A stretch of DNA of 64,000 nt, from contig CANLBJ010000005.1 in assembly GCA_947488905.1 (NCBI GenBank), forward strand, positions 112,397 through 176,396. The letters are read 5' to 3'. The notes beneath the pieces were generated by a model, which was given only the letters and a program-made list of their open reading frames with translations, searched no databases and was not told where the DNA came from. A program made the position numbers and the translations under genes. The DNA comes from Ulvibacter algarum (lineage in GTDB: Bacteria > Bacteroidota > Bacteroidia > Flavobacteriales > Flavobacteriaceae). Positions 1-8,541 of the stretch are shown in pieces (position 1 is the stretch's first letter; each line of letters starts with the position of its first letter).

Positions 1-351
1 TCCATCCTCGAATTTATAGTAATATCCATACCTAAATGATTCATCTGAATTAAAATACTTTGTCTCAATTTCACGATTTTGGTTATCATATTTTCGCAAT
101 GATTTTCTAACAGAATTATTCTCCATTCCGATTTCACAAACAGGATTTCCATTTCGGTCAAATTCGATTGACGATGAAAGTAACGTATCTCTTAAGAATG
201 TTATTTTTTTAATTTTATGTTCTTTTATGAATTCAGCAGTCGATTTTCCTAAATCAAGTTTATTGAAAAGTCGTTCAGGTTCGTGTTGAATTTTAGATTG
301 TCCGAAAGCAATCTGGGAAGCAAAAATTATTAATATTAGAATTCTGTTCAT
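1..351 (-). CDS. hypothetical secreted protein, N-terminal part only (gene runs off the left edge)
   Basis: Absent from the ORF track because no stop codon lies in the window. A reverse-strand ATG at 351..349 opens MNRILILIIFASQIAFGQSKIQHEPERLF..., and I translated 117 codons to position 1 without a stop. The N-terminus looks like a signal peptide. It is preceded by the same spacer module as the neighbouring genes. Confidence 0.5.
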   Translation of the reverse strand, partial: MNRILILIIFASQIAFGQSKIQHEPERLFNKLDLGKSTAEFIKEHKIKKITFLRDTLLSSSIEFDRNGNPVCEIGMENNSVRKSLRKYDNQNREIETKYFNSDESFRYGYYYKFEDG

Positions 352-399
352 TGGTTTTGGGTCAAATTACTTGTAACGTTTATGTGTAAGGAACGTTAC

Positions 400-459
400 A
401 AACACGCAACGACCTTTGATTAAGCACTAAGCCGCAATTATTTTTATACTGTGTTAGCA
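400..459. repeat. 60-bp intergenic repeat, copy 1 (AAACACGCAACGACCTTTGATTAAGCACTAAGCCGCAATTATTTTTATACTGTGTTAGCA)
   Basis: Matches 2598..2657 at 59 of 60 positions. Both copies lie directly 3-prime of a minus-strand gene's stop codon. Confidence 0.9.
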
Positions 460-466
460 CACGTTT

Positions 467-1702
467 TTATTTCATAATCTTGTTAAATCTTTGGTTCAGA
501 CCGTCGATAAATTTATGCGTTTTTTTGTCAAATCCATTGATTTTCCCTAAACTATCTCGTTCAAAGTGAAACCATAATTCTGCATCTGTGTCAAAAAAAA
601 TATCTTTTTCATAAGCGTAAATTGGAATTGGTTCACGAACAATGTTTCTGCGTACAGTTTGAAATTTCAAGGTGTCATTTTCAATTATGATGTTATTCCA
701 AAACACTTTGCTTTTCTCAAATAGATAATTTCCTAAATACTCTTTCTTCTCATTGGAAGTAATGTCTTTAGGTTTTAAAAACTTATTTCGTTGAACTCTT
801 CGCTCTTTTAAATTATACTTATCGCCATTCTTTAGAACGTAGAATTTGTCTTTTCCAGTTTCGAGCGTGTCAATTTCATTGAAATAAGGCGACCAAAATG
901 TTTGGTCATAAATTGCTACATATTTATCTCCTATAACCTCAAATTCGTTTCCTTGGACTATAATTGCCGTATGTTCGTCAACGCCAATACCTAATAATTC
1001 TGGTCTAATTTTTAACAACTCAAACATATCATATTGTCTATTCCGATAAAGATGATGTTGGTCAAAAACAGTATTTGAAACAAATCCAAACCCAACATCG
1101 GGATTTCCAATAATTTTATAGTTGCCATTTAAATCTCTTCCTCCTCTTGCTAAATAAGAACCTTGAATTGATGCTCCTGCTGAAGTTCCTCCGATTATGC
1201 CATTACGATTTAAAAGATTAATTAACTCTTTATGCGTTTTGGTATTTGAATAAGCATCAGATGTTCTCCATTGTTTACCTCCTGTCAACCAAACTGCGGT
1301 TGCAGTTTTTAAAGGTTTGATAAATTCATCACTATTAGCAATTAAAGTATCTCTCGTGTGAATGAATTTTATATCATTGAATCCAATAGATTTAAAATGT
1401 CTTTCTAAAATTTTAAATTCAGGGTCGTAGTTGATTGAATTTTCATCAAAAGCGGTAGGAATAACAACAAGTTTGGCTGATTTACCGCCTGCCAAGTCAA
1501 AAAACACTTTCCACATTTCATCTGTCATTCCATCATTTTTTCCGCCACCACCAATTAATAATGCCCCGTTTGTTGGTCCAATAGATTGACTTTTATTTTC
1601 GTTCGATTTATTTATCGTTTCTTGGCAAGAAAACATTAAAATTAGAAGAGAAAATATTAATGTAATTTTTAGAAGATTTAATTTCAATTTACTGATTTTC
1701 AT
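467..1702 (-). CDS. peptidase S51 family (cyanophycinase / dipeptidase E-like) lipoprotein
   Basis: ORF track. Lipoprotein-type signal peptide (..LILMFSC). The GGTSAGAS motif is typical of the S51 serine nucleophile region. An extra C-terminal region of about 100 aa has no fold I recognise. Confidence 0.7.
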   Translation of the reverse strand: MKISKLKLNLLKITLIFSLLILMFSCQETINKSNENKSQSIGPTNGALLIGGGGKNDGMTDEMWKVFFDLAGGKSAKLVVIPTAFDENSINYDPEFKILERHFKSIGFNDIKFIHTRDTLIANSDEFIKPLKTATAVWLTGGKQWRTSDAYSNTKTHKELINLLNRNGIIGGTSAGASIQGSYLARGGRDLNGNYKIIGNPDVGFGFVSNTVFDQHHLYRNRQYDMFELLKIRPELLGIGVDEHTAIIVQGNEFEVIGDKYVAIYDQTFWSPYFNEIDTLETGKDKFYVLKNGDKYNLKERRVQRNKFLKPKDITSNEKKEYLGNYLFEKSKVFWNNIIIENDTLKFQTVRRNIVREPIPIYAYEKDIFFDTDAELWFHFERDSLGKINGFDKKTHKFIDGLNQRFNKIMK

Positions 1703-1798
1703 ATAATGTAGAATGTTTTTTTTTAATGTGTGCTAACGTTCTTGTATATGAGTAGTGCGGGCGAGAATAGCGAAAGCTATTCGGTTAAGCACGAGCTG

Positions 1799-1855
1799 AT
1801 TTTTACAAATTTCGATTATTATTTTTTTTTTGCAATAAGTCGAATTTGTAAAAAT
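1799..1855. repeat. imperfect 22-bp inverted repeat (ATTTTTACAAATTTCGATTATT / AATAAGTCGAATTTGTAAAAAT) around a T-run loop
   Basis: Read directly from the sequence. It lies in the 247-bp spacer between two cassette-like genes. A separate GAAA-tetraloop hairpin GAATAGC-GAAA-GCTATTC sits at 1765..1782. Confidence 0.7.
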
Positions 1856-1949
1856 CTAGCGGTCTCCCAAATATACCCGAACTTTTAATTAAGCACAAAC
1901 TCCCGTGTTGCTTATAATATTTTGTTGCCCACAGTTTACGTCGGTATTA

Positions 1950-2519
1950 CTAATCAAATTCCCATCTTCCGTCAATTAATCTATAAACAAAAGGGGTGGT
2001 GATCAAACAGCCCCCAAATCCAAAATCCAGTATTGCAATTTTATAGTCTTTATCGAAAATTGGTTTTGACATAAAAAATAAATCAGGATATTTTTCATAA
2101 AAATCATCACGGGCCTTTTCAGTAGTTCCGTATCTACGTATCGGGTAAAATTCTTTTCGTGATACAATGTTTAAGCCGTCACGCAATAATTTTTCGTCAA
2201 TTAATAATTCTTGTTTAATGCCAATCAAATTCTCGTATTCCTTTTCATTCTTTAGTTTGAATTTTTCGAAAATAAATTGTTTAAATTCTTTTTCGCTCAA
2301 AAATTCTTGTGCATCAAATGTATCTCCTTTTTTTGGTGGTTCCACAATATTTTGGCAATATGAAGAACTTGAATTTTCGTCAGTTATATCGTTCAATAAT
2401 TTTGCAGTATGTTCAGAGTATAGTTCTGATGTAGTTTTTACTTGGTTTTTATCATCATCGCATCCACTAATAAATATTAGTCCAAATAAAACAAATAGTA
2501 TTTTAATAACGTTTTTCAT
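1950..2519 (-). CDS. hypothetical lipoprotein
   Basis: Uses the ORF-track frame, with the start moved to the internal ATG at 2519 (MKNVIKILFVLFGLIFISGC lipobox). The 28 extra N-terminal codons in the track run into the conserved spacer repeat. Confidence 0.65.
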   Translation of the reverse strand: MKNVIKILFVLFGLIFISGCDDDKNQVKTTSELYSEHTAKLLNDITDENSSSSYCQNIVEPPKKGDTFDAQEFLSEKEFKQFIFEKFKLKNEKEYENLIGIKQELLIDEKLLRDGLNIVSRKEFYPIRRYGTTEKARDDFYEKYPDLFFMSKPIFDKDYKIAILDFGFGGCLITTPFVYRLIDGRWEFD

Positions 2520-2597
2520 AAATTGTGGGCGACGGTTACGTATAAGAATAGTGCGTTTTTGTGTGCGAGAATTTTCCGCAGGAAAATCAGACGTAGT

Positions 2598-2657
2598 AAA
2601 CACGCAATGACCTTTGATTAAGCACTAAGCCGCAATTATTTTTATACTGTGTTAGCA
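2598..2657. repeat. 60-bp intergenic repeat, copy 2
   Basis: Matches 400..459 at 59 of 60 positions and ends 4 bp before the stop codon of the 2662..3153 gene. Confidence 0.9.
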
Positions 2658-2661
2658 ATAG

Positions 2662-3153
2662 TTATTTTTTCCGCTTTTTATATCGTTTCAATTTTTTCAA
2701 ACGCTTGGATTCGAGTTCAGTAATTAATTCCGAACCAATACAAATATCGGTTGTTAAATATGGTTTAACTTTAGTTTTTTTGTCGAAATAAGGATTGTTA
2801 TCAGTTGTGTATGCATAAATCAAATACGATTCATTTTCTAAATAATATCCACCGCAATCCCCTTCATCTCCAGATGTTGTAATTCGAATCGTTTTGGTTT
2901 GCATCGTACCTTTAAAAACTTCCGTTATTTCAAATTCGAAATCATAAAGTGAGTATTCAAAATTATAAACCGTTCCATCTTTTTTCGGATGTGTTTCAAT
3001 AAAATCATTCTTGGTAACTTTTGCTACTTTCCCAATAAATGCAGTCTCTGATTGCTTTAGAGCTTTTCTGACACTCACTTCATAACAACTACAAGCAAAC
3101 GAAACAGAAGTTACGAGTGAAAGTAAAATTGCTAAGTGTAAGTTTTTTTTCAT
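2662..3153 (-). CDS. secreted CxC-N-terminus protein, possible TIMP/NTR-like inhibitor fold
   Basis: ORF track. The signal peptide MKKNLHLAILLSLVTSVSFA is followed by CSCYEVSVRKALKQSETAFIGKV. The layout resembles the Cys-X-Cys mature N-terminus of TIMP-type OB-fold inhibitors. The fold assignment is an inference. Confidence 0.6.
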   Translation of the reverse strand: MKKNLHLAILLSLVTSVSFACSCYEVSVRKALKQSETAFIGKVAKVTKNDFIETHPKKDGTVYNFEYSLYDFEFEITEVFKGTMQTKTIRITTSGDEGDCGGYYLENESYLIYAYTTDNNPYFDKKTKVKPYLTTDICIGSELITELESKRLKKLKRYKKRKK

Positions 3154-3333
3154 AATTATTGCTAACGTTAGTATAACGAAACTAAGTAAAATAATTCAAA
3201 TAAAACCCCTAGAAATAAGGAGTCTTAAAAATCTTCATTGCTTTTATCTATAACTCAATATGGGGTGCGTTATCAAAACATTTATAGATTTTAAAAGATT
3301 GTTAATAATTAATAACACGTATTAATACAAAAA

Positions 3334-3361
3334 CAAAAAAACCAACCAAAAGGCTGGGGTT
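3334..3361 (-). terminator. intrinsic terminator downstream of the 3445..4563 gene
   Basis: The minus-sense RNA reads AAACCCCAGCC-UUUU-GGUUGG followed by a U-run. G-U pairs make the stem strand-specific. It is homologous to the terminator at 45159..45187. Confidence 0.55.
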
Positions 3362-3444
3362 TAAATTTGTAATATTTCCGAAGTAAAAAAAAGCGCCCTC
3401 CTAAAAAGAAAGACGCTTTAATAAATTATGTTTGTGTAATGTAC

Positions 3445-4563
3445 TTAAAGATACTTCTTAAAAGTACTACGCTCTTTATGCTGTACAGGCTTATAATCTT
3501 TCCATAATAGTTGTACTGCCGTATTTTCTATAAGCTCTGGGTTTGTCTCTACTTTGTCTATTCCTTTAGAGTTAAAGAGATATTGCATTTCTTCAAAAAT
3601 AATGGCCGTAACCCCTTTACCTTGATATTCAGGGTCTATACCTATTAGGTAAAATGCAGCCTTGTCATTTTTGCGTTGTGCTTGCCATAAATGGTACCAC
3701 CCAAAAGGAAATAAGCTACCATTTGCTTTCTTTAATGCTTTGCTAAAAGAAGGCATCACAATAGAAAAAGCGACCAACTCATCATTTTTGTCTTTGATAC
3801 AAGTGATGTAATCTGGCTGTATAAAGTTAAAATACTTCTCTTTATAATAATCTATTTGATACTGCTGTATAGGTACAAAAGTTTGTAGTGAGTTGTATGT
3901 TTTGTTTAAAAGCTCAAACATTTTATCTACATAAGGTATGATCTCCTTTTTGTTTTTAAACTCAATAACAGATAGCCCATAACGTTGCTTTACAAGTCCA
4001 GAAAACTTTGCTACTTTTTCTTTAATAGAAGGAGGTATGCTTAAGCTAAACTCAACCCAAGTGGCTTGTTTTTCAAAACCTAGTTTCTCAAAGTGCTGCG
4101 CGTAATATGGGTGATGGTACCAAGTTATCATGGTATTCATCTTATCAAAACCATCTGTAAGTATTCCGGCTTTTTCCATATTACCAAAACCTACAGGGCC
4201 TTCTATATACTCAAGACCAAGTTCTGCACCTTTCTCATAGGCTTTTGCAAGTAAGGCTTGTGTTACATCTAGATCATCAATCATGTCTAACCACCCAAAA
4301 CGTACTTTCTTCTTCCCCGTTTCTCTTATCTCTACGTGGTTAATAATAATAGCAATCCTGCCCACAATTTTACCATCGCGATAAGCAAGGTAATATTCGG
4401 CATCTGCGTTCTTAAAAACAGGATTCTTATCCTTATCAAGTGTCTCTATCTCATCATTGATAAGTGGTGGCACCCAGTAAGGTGATTTTTTATAAAGCGT
4501 AAACGGAAACTTTACAAACTTCTTTATATCCTGTTGGCTGGTAATTTTTTTAACTTCAATCAT
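3445..4563 (-). CDS. GNAT-related acyltransferase family protein
   Basis: ORF track. The N-terminus (MIEVKKI..FPFTLYKKSPYWVPPL) and the C-terminal YLIGIDPEYQGKGV block match, from memory, a Bacteroidota N-acetyltransferase-like family. It starts 14 bp after the upstream gene and is probably co-transcribed. Confidence 0.6.
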   Translation of the reverse strand: MIEVKKITSQQDIKKFVKFPFTLYKKSPYWVPPLINDEIETLDKDKNPVFKNADAEYYLAYRDGKIVGRIAIIINHVEIRETGKKKVRFGWLDMIDDLDVTQALLAKAYEKGAELGLEYIEGPVGFGNMEKAGILTDGFDKMNTMITWYHHPYYAQHFEKLGFEKQATWVEFSLSIPPSIKEKVAKFSGLVKQRYGLSVIEFKNKKEIIPYVDKMFELLNKTYNSLQTFVPIQQYQIDYYKEKYFNFIQPDYITCIKDKNDELVAFSIVMPSFSKALKKANGSLFPFGWYHLWQAQRKNDKAAFYLIGIDPEYQGKGVTAIIFEEMQYLFNSKGIDKVETNPELIENTAVQLLWKDYKPVQHKERSTFKKYL

Positions 4564-4577
4564 ACACTTATAGAAAC

Positions 4578-5657
4578 TTATAGTTTATCACCATCTTCAC
4601 CATCATCTCCAGATGGATCCATACTATCTTTACGTTTCTTCTTCTTAGCTTTTTTAGCGTCCTTGTTTTTATTTTTCTTGTCTTTTTTAGCCTTTCGAGC
4701 ATCTTTTCCTTTTTCTTCAATATACTCATCGTCTTCGTGACGGTCTATTCTATAACTTACACCTATTCTACCATAAGTACGGTTAGGGGTGTCTTTAAAG
4801 TTTAATAATACAGAGCCATCTACTTGAAAATCTGGCGTAATTAGCACGGCAGCACCACCTCTAAAAAGTTGGTCTGCATACGTGTCACCTTTAAAGCCTT
4901 CGTTTTCTACAAAGATAGAAAACCAGTTTGTAGGTGTGTGTGTAAGTGTCACAACATACCCAAACTGCTTAGAGTCTGCAGTAAATCTATTTGCATAAAT
5001 ATTTGTAACAAAAACAAAACCGCCTATAAAATTATTTTGCGTAGCAAGCACAACCTTAGGGCTTAGTCCTATTGTTTCTTCACTATTTAAAGTGCTATTT
5101 ACAAATTTCCCTTCTGGGTCTTCTATAAAATCTACGTTTAAACCTGCATATAGAGATACTGCCGGTATTAAATCTGACCATTGAGTTCTATTATTTGCTT
5201 TCCAGCTAGTAAGACTAGGACCTTTAAGATCTTTTTTTAAGTATGGGTCGTATAATAAATATTTTACACCTACTGTATTACTTCTGAAATTTGAAAAACT
5301 TGTCTCATTGTTATTGCGAGTGTCTACTATGTTATTGCGTTGAAAACTACCCATTATACTAACCTCTAAAGCTTCTTTCCAGACTCCATAACGTACAGAA
5401 TAGTCAATATTTAAAGCGTCAGTTTCTGTAAAAAGTAAATCGTGATCTTCTTTACCTAGGTTAAGGCCTGCCTCAAACTGTAGTACTTTTGTACCTACAG
5501 AAAAAGCCCCTTGTGAGCTACCTGGTCTATTAGAGTTAAGTTCTTCTGTGTATTGTGCAAAAACGGAAACTGAGGTTCCTAAAATGAGAAATAAGCTAAG
5601 TAAAAAGCGTGAATGCATAGATTTAGTCAATTTATTCAAAGATATACGTTTTATCAT
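4578..5657 (-). CDS. outer-membrane beta-barrel transporter-family protein (MetA-pathway/Phenol_MetA_deg-like) with Lys-rich C-terminal tail
   Basis: ORF track. Signal peptide ending SVFAQ. The NSNRPGSSQGAFSVGTKVLQFEAG start is typical of that barrel family. The start could instead be the ATG at 5618 (MHSRF...). Confidence 0.65.
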   Translation of the reverse strand: MIKRISLNKLTKSMHSRFLLSLFLILGTSVSVFAQYTEELNSNRPGSSQGAFSVGTKVLQFEAGLNLGKEDHDLLFTETDALNIDYSVRYGVWKEALEVSIMGSFQRNNIVDTRNNNETSFSNFRSNTVGVKYLLYDPYLKKDLKGPSLTSWKANNRTQWSDLIPAVSLYAGLNVDFIEDPEGKFVNSTLNSEETIGLSPKVVLATQNNFIGGFVFVTNIYANRFTADSKQFGYVVTLTHTPTNWFSIFVENEGFKGDTYADQLFRGGAAVLITPDFQVDGSVLLNFKDTPNRTYGRIGVSYRIDRHEDDEYIEEKGKDARKAKKDKKNKNKDAKKAKKKKRKDSMDPSGDDGEDGDKL

Positions 5658-5699
5658 TTATTTAATAGTGAGTTTTGTTCTTTTTTGCCCATCAATCTG

Positions 5700-5707
5700 T
5701 AAATTTG
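5700..5707 (+). promoter_or_regulatory. candidate Bacteroidota -7 box TAAATTTG
   Basis: Exact match to TAnnTTTG, 20 nt upstream of the ATG at 5727. Confidence 0.45.
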
Positions 5708-5726
5708 AATTTCAGAAAAAATAACT

Positions 5727-6005
5727 ATGGAATTCCTTAAAACGGTTTTAATTATTCTTTTGGTATACTTTGCATTAAAGTTCCTCATTAAGTTGGCGTG
5801 GCCTTACATTGTAAATTATATGACTAAAAAAGCAGGCGAGAAGCTTGCAAAATCTTTTGGTCAAAATCCTTTTGAGAATATGCAAAATCAAAAAGCAGCA
5901 CAAAAAAAAGAAGGCGAAGTTACAATAGAACGCCCAGCAGCAACCGCTAGAAAATCTAATAATAATGTAGGTGAGTATGTAGATTTTGAAGAAGTAAAAG
6001 ATTAA
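5727..6005 (+). CDS. DUF4834-like small membrane protein
   Basis: ORF track. It has an N-terminal TM helix and the C-terminal GEYVDFEEV motif characteristic of this family. Confidence 0.7.
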   Translation: MEFLKTVLIILLVYFALKFLIKLAWPYIVNYMTKKAGEKLAKSFGQNPFENMQNQKAAQKKEGEVTIERPAATARKSNNNVGEYVDFEEVKD

Positions 6006-6099
6006 AAGCAGTAGATACTCGTTATAACTAAAAAGATTTCAAGGCAGCTACCTCGCCTATTTTTATTATTTTTCGGCTTCTTAAAAACCACCTCTTTGT

Positions 6100-8541
6100 A
6101 TGGCTTCAAAACTGAAAAAGTTTATTCCACATCTTGTTGTTCTTGTCCTTTTTGTGATAGCATCATTGGCTTATTTTAGCCCTGTTTTGCATAATAAAGT
6201 GATTTTCCAAAGTGATATTGCTCAATATCAAGGGATGGCAAAACAGCTAAAAGATTACAGAGCAGATGGCGATGAGATTTACTGGACAGATGCCGCTTTT
6301 GGTGGGATGCCCACGTATCAACTAGGAGCAAAGTACCCTCATAATTATATTAAAAAACTAGACTTAGCATTACGATTTCTGCCCAGACCGGCAGATTATC
6401 TTTTTCTATATTTTATAGGGATTTACATCTTGTTTTTAGTTCTTAAAGTAGATTACAAGCTTGCTTTTATAGGAGCATTAGCCTTTGGGTTTTCTACCTA
6501 CCTTATCATTATACTTGGCGTAGGTCACAACGCAAAAGCACATGCCATTGCCTATATGCCACTAGTGTTAAGTGGTATTATGCTCACCTTTAGAGGTAAA
6601 TACATTTGGGGTTTCTTGTTAACGACCATTGCTATGGCGCTAGAGTTAGTGACTAATCACTTTCAGATGACGTATTATTTAGGGCTTTTAGTTCTATGCA
6701 TTGGTATAGCTTATTTAATAGATGCTTACAGAAAAAATATGTTGCCTCATTTTGGGAAGGCAGTGGGAGTAATGCTAGTCGCAGTTATACTGGCAATAGG
6801 TTTAAATGCTACTAATATTCTAGCCACAAAAGAGTATGCAGACACATCTACTCGTGGTAAAACAGAACTAACCATAAACGCAAACGGAACCAAAAAAGAA
6901 ATTAAAGAGGGCTTAGATTACGACTACATCACAGAATATAGCTACGGAAAACTAGAAAGCTTAAACTTATTTATCCCTCGTTTTATGGGTGGAGGTTCTG
7001 GAGATCCTTTGCCAGAAGAGTCTGCAACAGTAGATGCTTTATTAAGAACAGGAAAAACGCAAGAAGAGTTAGTTACTATTTTACAGCAAGTACCTGTATA
7101 TTGGGGAGATCAGCGTATAGTCGCGGCGCCTGCTTACATAGGTGCGGTAGTTATATTTCTAGCCGTTCTTGCATTATTTTTAGTGCGTGGTCGCCTTAAA
7201 TGGTGGGTAGTTTCTGCCTTCTTTTTAACCCTACTTTTATCTTGGGGTCGTAACTTCTCTTTTTTAACCGAATTTTTTATTGAGTATGTACCGTATTACA
7301 ATAAGTTTAGGGCGGTTTCTTCTATTCAAGTAATTATAGAGTTAGTGATGCCTATTCTTGCCATAGTTGGTTTACATCAATTGCTCAATGACTTTGTAAA
7401 GCCAGAAGCAAAAAAGAAAGCTTTGTACTATTCTGCTGGTATTGTGGGAGGATTGACGGTTGTTTTTATACTATTTAAAAACACATTGTTTGGTTTTGAA
7501 AGCCCAATAGATGGAGATCTTGCTGCTTATTATAAATTGCCATTTACGTTTGTAGATGCAATGCGAGAAGACAGAGCAGCCATCTTTACAGCAGATGCTT
7601 TACGTACCTTGTTGTTTGTAGTCTTAGCAGCAACGGCACTATACTTTTATCTTAAAAATAAAATTAAAGAAATGCCACTTATCGCAATTCTAGCTATATT
7701 AATTGTAGTAGATCTAGTAGGCGTTGACAGAAGATATGTAAACAATGATGATTTTGTAAAAGCACGTATTATGGAGCAACCATTTCAGCAAAATGGTGCT
7801 AATTTACAGATAGCAAAAGACGATGGCTATTACCGTGTTATAGATGCTACTGTAGATCCTTTTAATAGTGGTGCAGCTAGTTATTATCACAATGCACTAG
7901 GTGGTTATCACGCTGCAAAACCTGGCAGAATGCAAGATTTAAATGAGTTTTACATAAGTCAAGGGGACATAGGTGTTCTTAATATGATGAATGTAAAATA
8001 CATTATCACTCAAAATAATAATCAAGGTCCAGTTGCCCAGCGCAACCCCTATGCAAACGGTCCGGCTTGGTTAGTAGAGAATGTAATGTTTGCAGAAAAT
8101 GCAGATCAAGAAATTTTATTATTAGATAGTTTAGACACAAAACGAACAGCTATTATACATAAAGATTTTAAAGCTCAAATACCAACGGCAGCAATTGTTA
8201 GAGACTCTACAGCAATGATAGAGATGACAGCGCATAAGCCAGAGCATATTGTATATGAAACGAGTTCAAAATCTGCACAGTTAGCTTTGTTTTCTGAGGT
8301 GTATTATCCAGCAGGCTGGAACGCTTATATTGATGGAGCACCTGTAGATTACTTTAGAGCAAATTATGTGTTGCGCGCTATGTCTATACCTGCAGGAAAT
8401 CATAAAGTAGAATTTAAGTTTGAGCCTTCTGTTATCCAGACGGGTAGTACAATAAGTCTAATAAGTTCTATTATAGTATTACTCTTATTAGCAAGTGGTT
8501 TGTATTTTACTGTTAAGAAAACCAAGCACATTTCAGAATGA
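6100..8541 (+). CDS. YfhO family membrane protein (polytopic glycosyltransferase-like)
   Basis: ORF track. The 813-aa protein has many TM helices and the N-terminal layout (FSPVLHNKVIFQSDIAQYQGM) typical of YfhO. Confidence 0.75.
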   Translation: MASKLKKFIPHLVVLVLFVIASLAYFSPVLHNKVIFQSDIAQYQGMAKQLKDYRADGDEIYWTDAAFGGMPTYQLGAKYPHNYIKKLDLALRFLPRPADYLFLYFIGIYILFLVLKVDYKLAFIGALAFGFSTYLIIILGVGHNAKAHAIAYMPLVLSGIMLTFRGKYIWGFLLTTIAMALELVTNHFQMTYYLGLLVLCIGIAYLIDAYRKNMLPHFGKAVGVMLVAVILAIGLNATNILATKEYADTSTRGKTELTINANGTKKEIKEGLDYDYITEYSYGKLESLNLFIPRFMGGGSGDPLPEESATVDALLRTGKTQEELVTILQQVPVYWGDQRIVAAPAYIGAVVIFLAVLALFLVRGRLKWWVVSAFFLTLLLSWGRNFSFLTEFFIEYVPYYNKFRAVSSIQVIIELVMPILAIVGLHQLLNDFVKPEAKKKALYYSAGIVGGLTVVFILFKNTLFGFESPIDGDLAAYYKLPFTFVDAMREDRAAIFTADALRTLLFVVLAATALYFYLKNKIKEMPLIAILAILIVVDLVGVDRRYVNNDDFVKARIMEQPFQQNGANLQIAKDDGYYRVIDATVDPFNSGAASYYHNALGGYHAAKPGRMQDLNEFYISQGDIGVLNMMNVKYIITQNNNQGPVAQRNPYANGPAWLVENVMFAENADQEILLLDSLDTKRTAIIHKDFKAQIPTAAIVRDSTAMIEMTAHKPEHIVYETSSKSAQLALFSEVYYPAGWNAYIDGAPVDYFRANYVLRAMSIPAGNHKVEFKFEPSVIQTGSTISLISSIIVLLLLASGLYFTVKKTKHISE

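Noticed and set aside
2167-2610. 147-aa plus-strand ORF
   Set aside because: It is antisense to the lipoprotein gene 1950-2519 and runs into the conserved spacer repeat. The composition is Ser/Phe/Asn-rich noise.
400-3166. A strict reading of the left-edge array as a classical integron with attC sites
   Set aside because: The bracket repeats (GTTAGCA / TGCTAAC) do not fit the GTTRRRY / RYYYAAC core consensus. I could not fold the 60-bp element into an attC-like bulged hairpin, and no IntI-type integrase is in the window. I kept only the looser cassette-like description.
3372-3384. UUCG-tetraloop hairpin as the explanation for the CTTCGGAAAT motif
   Set aside because: The bases flanking C-UUCG-G (A and A) do not pair, many copies have A or T in place of the central CG, and no conserved stem surrounds the motif.
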